Part shown: positions 34,251 to 44,300 of the stretch, piece by piece | Layout: every line of letters starts with the position of its first letter | Position numbering within the stretch: position 1 is the stretch's first letter | DNA from: Rhynchopus sp. YZ270_cl-10 | Taxonomy: Eukaryota | Reading direction: 5' to 3' | Length of the DNA: 64,000 nt | NCBI GenBank assembly: GCA_964035575.1 | Contig: OZ037835.1 | Location: 1,736,001 to 1,800,000, forward strand | Position numbers and translations under genes: made by a program | Notes under the pieces: model-generated | The model's input: the letters and a program-made list of their open reading frames with translations, nothing else | What the model was told of the DNA's origin: nothing | Databases searched by the model: none

Positions 34251-34839
34251 TCCCCCCCCACATCGATTTCAATACTATACCTTACTTCACCTACGGTGAC
34301 CCTTACAGGGGGGGTGAAGGAAGGTAGGTTGAAAAGTGTGACTGAGTGTGGGGATGCGTTCAAGAATTAAACTCTTCCCCCCAAACCCCCTTTCATCTCT
34401 AGTTTTCTTTATCCAAACGTCGAGTGGACGCGTAATAATTTCTTTCTTATTTTCTTCCACCATGCGCTGGTTTTTGTGTTCATTAATTTTTATCAAAAAG
34501 CTTTCCCTGCGAAACGTTTCCCCATGTATTGCACGGGAAACAACATTACAAACAGGTGCAGGGTGGTTCCGTGCTTATCATAGAACCTGGCACCTTGTGT
34601 GTCTCCCAAAAACCGAAAAGCGTTGTGTGTGAAGTTTTCAAGTAAGGAATAATAAAATACGGCGCAAAAGGGCACTTTACAGTGTTCCCCACCCGAGGCT
34701 TATCTTACTAATGCAGTCCTGCTGAAATAGGAGAAAATATATGCACAATCCACGTTCACTTTCTTCCCTCCCTAAATTACTATCAACTACACAACACATC
34801 CCCAGACACTCTCTTCCCTTTTCTGTACACCTCAGAACA

Positions 34840-37461
34840 ATGGTGTCATGCGGGATCCAGTCGCTGACAGTGCTGCTGTGTGTGGTGCTGATTCTGTCGA
34901 CAGGTGCGATCATCGGTGGCTTCACTCTGTCAACATGGGACGACCTTCTGGAGAAGGCACGTGACACAGGTGACGAAGGCTTTGGGATGTGTCTCGACAG
35001 TGGTACGGCGGACATCGAAACGGTCTCGGCACGCTACCTGCGCTCCGTCCTTGGCAACGTGGACACGGCAGTGAAGGAGTTCTTGAAGGTGCCTGAGCAA
35101 CTGGTGCTTTCTATGGCCAACCTTGCGAACGCGCACCACCCAAACGTCAGCACGAGCCCCGCCTTTGCGGATACGGTGCTGCGTCCTGCTTTGGCCTCCG
35201 CTTATCGTGCTGGGGCGTCGTCTGGGTTGGACTTCATGGCGTACGAAACGTACCCGTGGTCACAAGCACATCCTGTTCCGTGGAAGTTGGGGGACGGGTT
35301 TGCAGGGTGGGGCTCGCGGATTGCGTTCAGGCCTGTGAGCGCTGCTCACGGTATCCTTCCGACGAACGGCACCCAGGTCCTCCTGGTGTACCAGATGCGA
35401 GACCGGGCGACGGGGGCGGTGGGTATATCTGACTGGGTATCCTTTGGGGAAGCCACGAACAGAGGCGACAGCAGGTTCCCGCATCAGCCGTGCAATTTCA
35501 GGCCGGACTACAACAAGGGCCAGTGGCGTGGTCTCTGCGTGTTTCCCCTTTTTATGGCCGAGCCCCCTGGCTCGTTAGGCATGATAGCACGTGGCAAACA
35601 GATCTACAACTTGGGTGCCAATGACCCACCCCTGCACCCCACGGAGACACTGATCTACACAAACGTGATGGTGGCATGGGACATGATGTACTGGGAGCTG
35701 AGCTACACCTACACCCACCCAGAGATGTACACGATGCACCCCAAGCAGGGCAAGCGTGTGGGTGTCGTCAGAGCTACGGTGACCGGGTCCGGGGTAACCG
35801 ATGCGGTGAACGCACAGCTGCTCCCAGACGACACGTCGCTGTACCTGGTGGAGTACGATCGTGTGTCAGACACAACGGGAACGCTTGTCGCGTACAACAG
35901 AGGGAGGCATCTGTCGTTCGAAATGCGTCTGAATGCCGTGGGCGTTCTAACTCCGAATTCAGTGAGCTTCAACATCACGAACCACTCAATGGAAGACGCC
36001 ACGTCGCACATCCCCTCAGTGATTGCAGAGCACGGGCGGTTTGTGTTCACACACCCACAGAACTACAGAGACCTTGTAGAGATGACAGAGGACTCCTTCA
36101 TGAAGTGGTCTGACTCGAACGGCACGGAGTACTGGACAATCGCAACGACAATTGAACACAAAACGATTACATTATTCGCGAACCTTCTTGTGCCGAGAGA
36201 GTCTGTGATGGAGACAATTGATGCGTCGACGAATGCAATCCGTGCGAAGGTGGCATCAGATCTGTCCTCTGCAGACGCACAGAAGGAGGATGCGGTGATT
36301 GTGATGGTGGTTGTGACAGTCATTGCGATCACGGGACTCCTGGCCATTGCTGTTGTGTTCACACGCTACATCACGTCACCTCTGCTGAAGCTTGGGAGTG
36401 AGATGGCAAGTGTGGCTGTGATGGACCTGGAGGCTGTGGACACAGGCCGTGCAGTGTCGCAGCTGAGTGAAGTGGGGATGATGCAGCGCAGCTTTGTTAC
36501 CATGGTGGCGAACCTGGTGGAGTACCGGAACTACATGCCGCAGAGTGTGCTTGTCAACGACAGTGATAACAATGAGGACGTGTCCGAGACGAAGTCTTCC
36601 ACACGGGATACGAAGTCGCAGTCAGGCATGTCTGCTTGTACGTCACAGTCACAGAGTTCAGTTGCTGTTCTGCAGAACCAGAAGGCACTGCTGCGTGTGG
36701 AAGGGATGAAGAAGAAGAAGGTGTCGCTGGCACACATGAACGTCGTGTCGTGGCACGCCTTCATCAAGAAGCACAAGGACGCAGAGGTGCTCTCCGCACA
36801 CGGTGGTATTGTGGAGCACATCATGTCAGCAGTGCAGCACAACAAAGGTGTGTGCGACACGTTCGCAGGGGACAAGATGCTTGCCACCTTCAACGCCTTT
36901 GTTCCGAAGCCTTCGCACAGTGTTGCCTGTGTGAAGGCTGCACACGAAGCAGCCACAGCACTTGGCGATGTGCACAAGATCTCGTACGGGTGCACGACAG
37001 GCGAGGCACGTGTCGGGAACATGGGCTGCAACGGGATGAAGAAGATGTCGATTCTTTCGCAGTCCATGTCGTGGGTGGTTGTCCTTGAGCGTTGGAACAA
37101 GGAGCACAACCTGCCTGGTGTGGTTGACCGTGCTGTGTCGCGTGAGGCGGAGGGACAGGTGGTACTGCGTTGTTCTGGTGCGATGCTGTACGAGAAGCTG
37201 AGCGAGAAGGTACAGACCGTGTTTACCGTACGTGGGCTGTGCAGCAGTGCAGACGAGGAGTGGATGTACCAGCTGGAGTCTGCCGCAAACAACCCGCACA
37301 CACTGTGGAACGAGGTCTTCGAGCACATCATCAAACAGGACTTTGAGAAGGCGTCTTCTCTGCTGGACACCGTCGCTCAGGACCAACGCACACAGTACGA
37401 AGAGCTTGCCGGCTATGTGCGGCAGAAGGCTTATGCACCGTACGTTGTGGTCATGCACTGA
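34840..37461 (+). CDS. Receptor-type adenylate/guanylate cyclase-like protein, paralog 2 (873 aa)
   Basis: Near-identical to 19255-21879 except in the ectodomain; same CCTCAG-AACAATG start context; duplicated block 19053-~22057 versus 34658-~37627. Confidence 0.82.
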   Translation: MVSCGIQSLTVLLCVVLILSTGAIIGGFTLSTWDDLLEKARDTGDEGFGMCLDSGTADIETVSARYLRSVLGNVDTAVKEFLKVPEQLVLSMANLANAHHPNVSTSPAFADTVLRPALASAYRAGASSGLDFMAYETYPWSQAHPVPWKLGDGFAGWGSRIAFRPVSAAHGILPTNGTQVLLVYQMRDRATGAVGISDWVSFGEATNRGDSRFPHQPCNFRPDYNKGQWRGLCVFPLFMAEPPGSLGMIARGKQIYNLGANDPPLHPTETLIYTNVMVAWDMMYWELSYTYTHPEMYTMHPKQGKRVGVVRATVTGSGVTDAVNAQLLPDDTSLYLVEYDRVSDTTGTLVAYNRGRHLSFEMRLNAVGVLTPNSVSFNITNHSMEDATSHIPSVIAEHGRFVFTHPQNYRDLVEMTEDSFMKWSDSNGTEYWTIATTIEHKTITLFANLLVPRESVMETIDASTNAIRAKVASDLSSADAQKEDAVIVMVVVTVIAITGLLAIAVVFTRYITSPLLKLGSEMASVAVMDLEAVDTGRAVSQLSEVGMMQRSFVTMVANLVEYRNYMPQSVLVNDSDNNEDVSETKSSTRDTKSQSGMSACTSQSQSSVAVLQNQKALLRVEGMKKKKVSLAHMNVVSWHAFIKKHKDAEVLSAHGGIVEHIMSAVQHNKGVCDTFAGDKMLATFNAFVPKPSHSVACVKAAHEAATALGDVHKISYGCTTGEARVGNMGCNGMKKMSILSQSMSWVVVLERWNKEHNLPGVVDRAVSREAEGQVVLRCSGAMLYEKLSEKVQTVFTVRGLCSSADEEWMYQLESAANNPHTLWNEVFEHIIKQDFEKASSLLDTVAQDQRTQYEELAGYVRQKAYAPYVVVMH

Positions 37462-38212
37462 GATTGCTTGTCTTGCCGCGACAAAACTGTGCGTGAATTT
37501 TGGCATGACCACTGGTGAGGAGGTGGCAGTGATTCGGGCATTGTCGTGGGTACAGCATTGCTGTGAGCCGCGATGGACGCGAAGTGATGTGTGATTGCGA
37601 TGACAAGATTGTGCGTGTGTGGAGCATCTACGGAAAGAGTTGCACCGACAGTGCACTGAGTGTGCTGTCTGTTGATGTTCACGTCTTTTCCAAGATGTGT
37701 TGCGATTACACATGATTTCTGTTCGTTTTGTAGAAGTTCACGTTAGTTTGTATTTACAAACCGGTGATACACACCATCATGGTTTGTGGTTTGTCTGAGT
37801 CAGACTGACTCATCTCGTACTTGTGTGCAAGGAGTGCCAGAGGAGTCAGAGCCTTGGCCTGGCCGAAAAGTCAGTCCGCTCACTCATACTGACTACAATC
37901 CATGATAGCCATAAAACCACTCGGTCCGTCAAATCAAAAGAAATAGGAGACACAGAGATGACTGATAAAGTGCTGTGGTGCTGCCATGACTTCCACATAA
38001 GTTTCTTACACTCCACTCAGGGCCAGTGGGACCTTGGAAAATTACACACACTCCACGTTTCTTCGTGGAATGATTGAGAGTTGCAGTGTTACGATGTGTT
38101 CTGCTTCCATGAGGGCTGTGTACGTTGTAACACTGTGGCTCCAAAATAACACTTCCTGTATTTGCAAAGTTGGGTATTTTAATCTTCTTGAAATCTGAAT
38201 GTACACACGCTG

Positions 38213-38640
38213 TGATTTACTTTGCTTCACTCCCTCCTCCTCCCTCTCTCCCCTCCCGACCCACCCACACAGATACCCAAATGCACACACGATGTGCTGT
38301 CTACGCTTCGCTGTTCTGCTTCGTTGCGGTTCACGTCGCCGCTGCCTCGGAACCTGAGCCCTGCGCCAGCCCCATTCTGTTGACATCCTTTTCCTCCTCT
38401 GCCGAGCACGACCCCACACGCACACTCACCTTTGGTGGCGCGTTGAAGATGGACGCCGAGGTGCAGGTGAACAGCTACACCACAGGCGGACGGGTGTTTG
38501 ACTTCTCAAACGGCCCTGATGCGGATAACGTCTTGGTCGGCCTCGACAAAGGACGTTGGGCGTTCTTTGCGTACCACGGGAGCGTGGCAGGGACAGGCCT
38601 CGTGGACACCGAGCAGGTTCCGTTGGGTGTGTCTGCACAG
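38213..38640 (+). pseudogene. Truncated duplicate of the 5' end of the large surface-protein gene (41250-41676)
   Basis: Near-identical sequence MHTRCAVY...VPLGVSAQ, then divergence and a stop at 38706. Confidence 0.85.
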
Positions 38641-38795
38641 AGTCTCTTGGACGCTTCTTTGCCTTGCACATCCCCTCACCACCCTCACCAGAACACTCAC
38701 TGCTGAGCACCTCACACAGATCACCTACTTCACTTCAAACACCCCTCTCCCTTTCTGTTCACACTCTCTTCTCTTAGACACATTTCTACACAAAA

Positions 38796-39713
38796 ATGGG
38801 AGCAGCAAACGAGTCAACAGTACCGAACACCCCTATAGAGCCTGCAGAGGAGCGTGACAGACTTGCAGAGATTAGAAACGTTCTTGATCGTTTGGAGATC
38901 ACAATTGCAGAGGCGAGTGAGCTTGCGATTCTCCAGGACTACGAAGTTGTTGTGATTGCCGACGACTCGGGGAGTATGAGCATGGCTAGCGTGCCTCCTG
39001 GAGGGAAGCGTTCCTTTGGGCACAACAATACACGTTGGAACGAACTCCGCGAAACACTCACCCTTACCCTCGAGCTGGCCACCTGCGTTGCCCCTAGGGT
39101 GGACATCTTCTTCTTAAACCGCCCCTCTATCTTCAATGTCCAAGATGCGCATGACCCACGCCTTGTGGAATCGTTTAACTCCCAACCAAGCGGGACCACA
39201 CCTCTAACCGAAACACTAAAAAGCGTGAGAGAGCACAAAATGAACAGCGAACGTCCGGTGCTTGTTTTGATTGCAACGGATGGAGAACCGGATGGGGGGC
39301 CAATGCCGTTTAAGGATTTGGTGCAGGATATGATCGATGAGTCGACCTGCAATACGGCGTTTAAATTTCAGATTCTTGCGTGCACGGATGATGACGATGC
39401 TGTCGGCTGGCTTAACGGATTTGACAAACAGTTCAGAGAAGTTGACGTCACAGGTGATTACTACTCCGAACGCTCGCAAATCCTCCGTTCCGGCAAGGTA
39501 ACTGTCTTCAAAAAATCCGACTGGGTGATGAAAGCCCTCCTCGGACCAATCTGCCCCCGTTTCGATACTCTCGATGAGTCAAACAAAAAACATAACGATT
39601 TAACCCCCTTTGTCTTCTTTGGCTTCATAATGATATTTGTCGCATACCTTCTTGAGATTGTTTATAAAATTGTGGTCAAGGGGGAGTCTTATAATGTATT
39701 TTTTTTAATCTGA
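38796..39713 (+). CDS. von Willebrand factor A domain protein with possible N-myristoylation and C-terminal TM (305 aa)
   Basis: MIDAS motif VVIADDSGSM, GTTPL, LIATDGEP; C-terminal hydrophobic FVFFGFIMIFVAYLL. Confidence 0.85.
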   Translation: MGAANESTVPNTPIEPAEERDRLAEIRNVLDRLEITIAEASELAILQDYEVVVIADDSGSMSMASVPPGGKRSFGHNNTRWNELRETLTLTLELATCVAPRVDIFFLNRPSIFNVQDAHDPRLVESFNSQPSGTTPLTETLKSVREHKMNSERPVLVLIATDGEPDGGPMPFKDLVQDMIDESTCNTAFKFQILACTDDDDAVGWLNGFDKQFREVDVTGDYYSERSQILRSGKVTVFKKSDWVMKALLGPICPRFDTLDESNKKHNDLTPFVFFGFIMIFVAYLLEIVYKIVVKGESYNVFFLI

Positions 39714-40289
39714 AGCTGGCTTCAAAAGAGAAATAGCATTACCGGGGTACCGCCAAATCATCCCTCAAACAGGAGGATTTGTGCAATCAAACGAAAACAA
39801 TTTTACCGACCCGATCCTATTTTTTTATTGTTCATTTCCAACTGCCGAACGAAGCGAACAACAAACAACCTAAATTTTTCCTCTTCCCGTTTTTATCCTT
39901 TTGAGCAACAAGCAAAGAGTAACGAGTCTCTCGAGCATTTTTTACTTGGGGGAGAGCCGAATAAGCGAAGGCACTTCCAATACGGCTAGGAAAATGGGAT
40001 TTTTGCTTTTTTTTTGCGTCGAATAAAAACCGGGGCGTGTTTCATTCTCTTTTTTGACCTTTTCCTCTGTTGTGACAAGGTAGTTCATATTTTGTGAAAA
40101 TTTCCGCAAACTGACCCTATTATAGGTGTTCTACATGTGAATCTGACCCCCATGTCCAGATCACAATAATGCCCGATGAGTCTAATAAAGCAGCAGATTT
40201 CACGAACAAGATAAAACAAAAAAGATCGCGTTTCTTTTATCGAACAGATTTTATTTCGAGTTTGCGGGTTTGCAGAAGTAATGATGTCG

Positions 40290-41000
40290 CAGGAGTGGCA
40301 GTGATTCCTGATGGAGTGCATGTGGTTTTCGTGCTCTCGCATGTGGAAACTTTACACTGGAGAAGAGACGATGGTGTTCAAAGGACAGATCGACCATGCG
40401 TACTCCACACAGGAATTAGCCGCAACTGATTTCAACCACACCACACAACACATCCCCAGACACAGGTGACGAAGGCTTTGGGATGTGTCTCGACAGTGGT
40501 ACGGCGGACATTGAAACGGTCTCGGCACACTACCTGCGCTCCGTCCTTGGCAACGTGGACACTGCAGTGAAGGAGTACCTGAAGGTGCCTGAGCAGCTGG
40601 TGCTATCTATGGCCAACCTTGTGACTGCGCACCACCCAAACGTCAGCACGAGCCCCGCCTTTGGGGATACGGTGCTGCGCCCTGCTTTTGCCTCCGCTTT
40701 CCGCGCTGGGAACGTGTGTTGGGTATGACCACTGGTGAGCAGGTGGCAGTGATTCGGGCATTGTCGTGGGTACAGTATTGCTGTGAGCCGCGATGGATGG
40801 GAAGTGATGTGTGCTTGCGATGACAACACTGTGCGTGTGTGGAGCATGCACTGGAAAACGGGACGATTGGGTTGCGGCTAAAGCGAGTGATTGGTGTCCC
40901 TCTAATAGTTGCACCGACACTATGTGCTGTCTGCTCATTCACGTCTTTTCCAAGATGTGTTGCGATTGACTGAGAAGTGTGTTCGTTTTGTGGATGTTCT
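40290..41000 (+). pseudogene. Chimeric pseudogene: WD40 fragment - cyclase N-terminal fragment - WD40/3'UTR fragment
   Basis: 40292-40386 matches ~17893-18003; 40458-40710 matches cyclase ~19378-19629; 40725-41000 matches ~18208-18400 plus the 18655-18740 UTR. Confidence 0.8.
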
Positions 41001-41316
41001 CGTTAGTTTATATTTTCTTTATAAATCCGGTGATAGACATAAAGACCAGTCGGTCCGTTAAATCCGGCTTTGAGCGTACAAACGAAAGACTCGATCTTTT
41101 TTTGAATAATATTCTAACCCTTCTCAAAATAGTTCAATTGAACTGAGAGACCGAAGATGCTGCGCAAAATGTTCGATTCCTAGAGCCCCATTGTTTCAGA
41201 ATCAACAGAGTTGAGTACGTGACGCTTTAACAACAGAATGTGGACGTTGATTTACTTTGCTTCACTCCCTCCTCCTCCCTCTCTCCCCCTCCCGACCCAC
41301 CCACACAGATACCCAA

Positions 41317-44300
41317 ATGCACACACGATGTGCTGTCTACGCTTCGCTGTTCTGCTTCGTTGCGGTTCACGTCGCCGCTGCCTCGGAACCTGAGCCCTGC
41401 GCCAGCCCCATTCTGTTGACATCCTTTTCCTCCTCTGCCGAGCACGACCCCACACGCACACTCACCTTTGGTGGCGCGTTGAAGATGGACGCCGAGGTGC
41501 AGGTGGACAGCTACACCACAGGCGGACGGGTGTTTGACTTCTCAAACGGCCCTGATGCGGATAACGTCTTGGTCGGCCTCGACAAAGGACGTTGGGCGTT
41601 CCTTGCGTACCACGGGAGCGTGGCAGGGACAGGCCTCGTGGACACCGAGCAGGTTCCGTTGGGTGTGTCAGCACAGCTTATGGTCGTCATAGATGCGAAG
41701 GGGTTCGCACAGATCTGGTGGGACGGCGCACTGCGTGTGAGCGGTATCGTCACACTCCCGCAGATGGCGACACGTACACGGAACCTGATTGGCAGCAGTC
41801 CTTGGGAAAGTGATGTGGACCTGGATGGGACCGTGAAGAACTTCTCGTTTTCTGCCTGCGATGCGACTGTCGCGCCGGACACGAACGTTCCCACGCCAGC
41901 CCCGGACACACTCTCCCCCGATAGCTGTCTCGACCACGTCATGTATGACGGTGCTGTCTGGCATCTCGTACGTCCGATCTACACCTGTGCGTACCTCTCG
42001 CAGGATGCGACCTTCTGCTTCAAAGAGCTCTATGATCTGGACGGCAGGTTCACGGCAAAGCAGGCCTGCTGCTTTTGTGGTGGTGGTGTCAACACTGAGG
42101 TGCCGGCGACTGCGATTCCGGCGACGCTTGTGCCCTCGATTTGTGCGGACCATATTCGCACCGATGGGAATCCGTGGGACCTCAGCGAAGGAGAGACCTG
42201 TGCGTTCCGCAGCAGTGTGATGGATGCCTGCAGTGACGTACGCCATGATGAGGACCGTATGCTGACTACAGCAGAGGCGTGCTGCTTCTGCGGGGGTGGG
42301 GTGGACACGAGACCCCCAGAGACAGGGGCGCCCGCTACAGCGACACCACCGGTCACATTTGGTCCGTTGCCGTGTGCAGACAAGGTCGACGAGGGGGGTG
42401 CTGTGTGGTGCATTGAAAACAGACCCGAGGACACATGCGTTTCCCTCGAAGCTGTTTACTCTACTACCGTGTGCAGCTCTGACTTCGCCAGCGCAGATGG
42501 CACCAGGATCTGGGAGGCCTGCTGCTTCTGCTTTGGCGGGGTCAGCTCCATGGCTCCGGCCACTGCAGCCCCGCTGACACCGCCGACGGAGGCACCGCCA
42601 ACACCGGTCCCTGCACCGTGCACGGACCTGCCCCTTTTGAATGGGTCTGCCTGGTTTGCGACGCACTCTGACCACACCTGCACTGCGCTCAGTACGACAG
42701 TGGACTACTGCAGGTGGGGCCTGCAAGACCCAGACGAGGAGTACACCATTGCGGAGGCCTGCTGCTTCTGTGGTGGCGGCAGTGCGACGCATGCGCCAGA
42801 CACACAGAGCCCGACCACAGCACCGCAGACAGATGTGCCCACAGCGTCGCCCACAGGAGTACCCACTCCATCCGGAACGCCATCGACTGTGTCACCTCCG
42901 ACGTTGGTGCCTGAGATTTGTGTTGATGTGACGTTGGAGGACGGTACGGCCTGGTCGCTGGACGGACTCTCATCCACCCAATGCACTGTGCTCGCCGCGA
43001 GCGGGACGTGCGACACACTGTTGCTGGGTATTCTGGACCTAAGCATCTCGTCTGCATGCTGCCACTGTGGTGGCGGGCACAGCACACGGCCACCCGAGAC
43101 GACGGCGCCTGCGACACATTCGCCTTTGGACTGTACAGACCGCACCTTCTCCGACGGCGACGGCGACGGAGGTGGCGGCGACACGTGGTTTCTCGAGACT
43201 GATGAGAACACCTCCTGCACGGCCCTCTCGCTGGACAAAGAGGGCGACCACTGCAACAGCAAGACGACGGACCAGAAAGGGCAGTACACTACCGGCGAGG
43301 CCTGCTGCTTCTGCGGTGGTGGTGTCCACAGCACGTACCCACCCAACACCTTTGCGCCGACCCCTGTCCCAAGCACGCAGGCTCCTCCCGGGGGGTGCAG
43401 TGATCATACGTTGGACGGCGGGGCCTGGAGTCTTGGCTTTCCGTTCTCGACGTGCGATGACCTAGGAGAGTATGAGACACTGTGCGATATGGCGATGCGG
43501 GACCTCGGTGGTGTGTACACCATTGCCGAGGCGTGCTGCTTCTGTGGTGGTGGTGTGAACACCGCAGCACCAGAGACGACTGCTCCAGGGACGCTTGTGC
43601 CTTCGATCTGCATAGATCATACGAAGAGCAATGCCGACGAGTGGTATCTGTTCAAGGTGGAGGAGACGTGTGCAAGCTTTGTCCTTATTGAGGGAGCATG
43701 CGAAGACGTGCGGACCGACCTCGACCGTGGCTTCACCATCGGGCAGGCCTGCTGCTTCTGTGGTGGCGGGATCGACACCAGACCGCCGCAGACCACAGCG
43801 CCACAGACAACTGTGCCGGACACGTCGGCACCGCCAACCCCAGCACCCGACACATCGGTGCCAGCGCCGTGCCAAGACCACCTGCTCCTCAACGGCAGTG
43901 TGTGGCACCTGGGGGACCCGACGTGGAGCTCATGTGCAGTGCTCGATGTGAAGTACTGTGGGCTGGACTTCCTGGACGCAGACGGCGTGCATACCATCGC
44001 GACTGCGTGCTGCATGTGTGAGGGTGGTGGTGTCGCTACGCACGCACCGCCCACAGCTGCACCACCCACAGCAGCGCCGACGTTGATCCCCACTCCGGTG
44101 CCGCAGTCGTTCTGCGTGGACCATCCTAATGACGTAGGGGGCGCATGGACCGTAGGGTCGGATACGTGTGATACAGTGCTGTGCGGGGAGATACAGTCTA
44201 TGGGCGATCAAAGTAGCCTGTCCGCGGAAGAGGCCTGCTGCAGGTGTGGTGGTGGGGTCGTCACACGAGCGCCACCGACGATGGCACCACCGACACCGTC

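Noticed and set aside
34741..34839. 33-aa N-terminal extension of cyclase paralog 2
   Set aside because: The equivalent region in paralog 1 is not open, and the shared acceptor AG lies just before 34840
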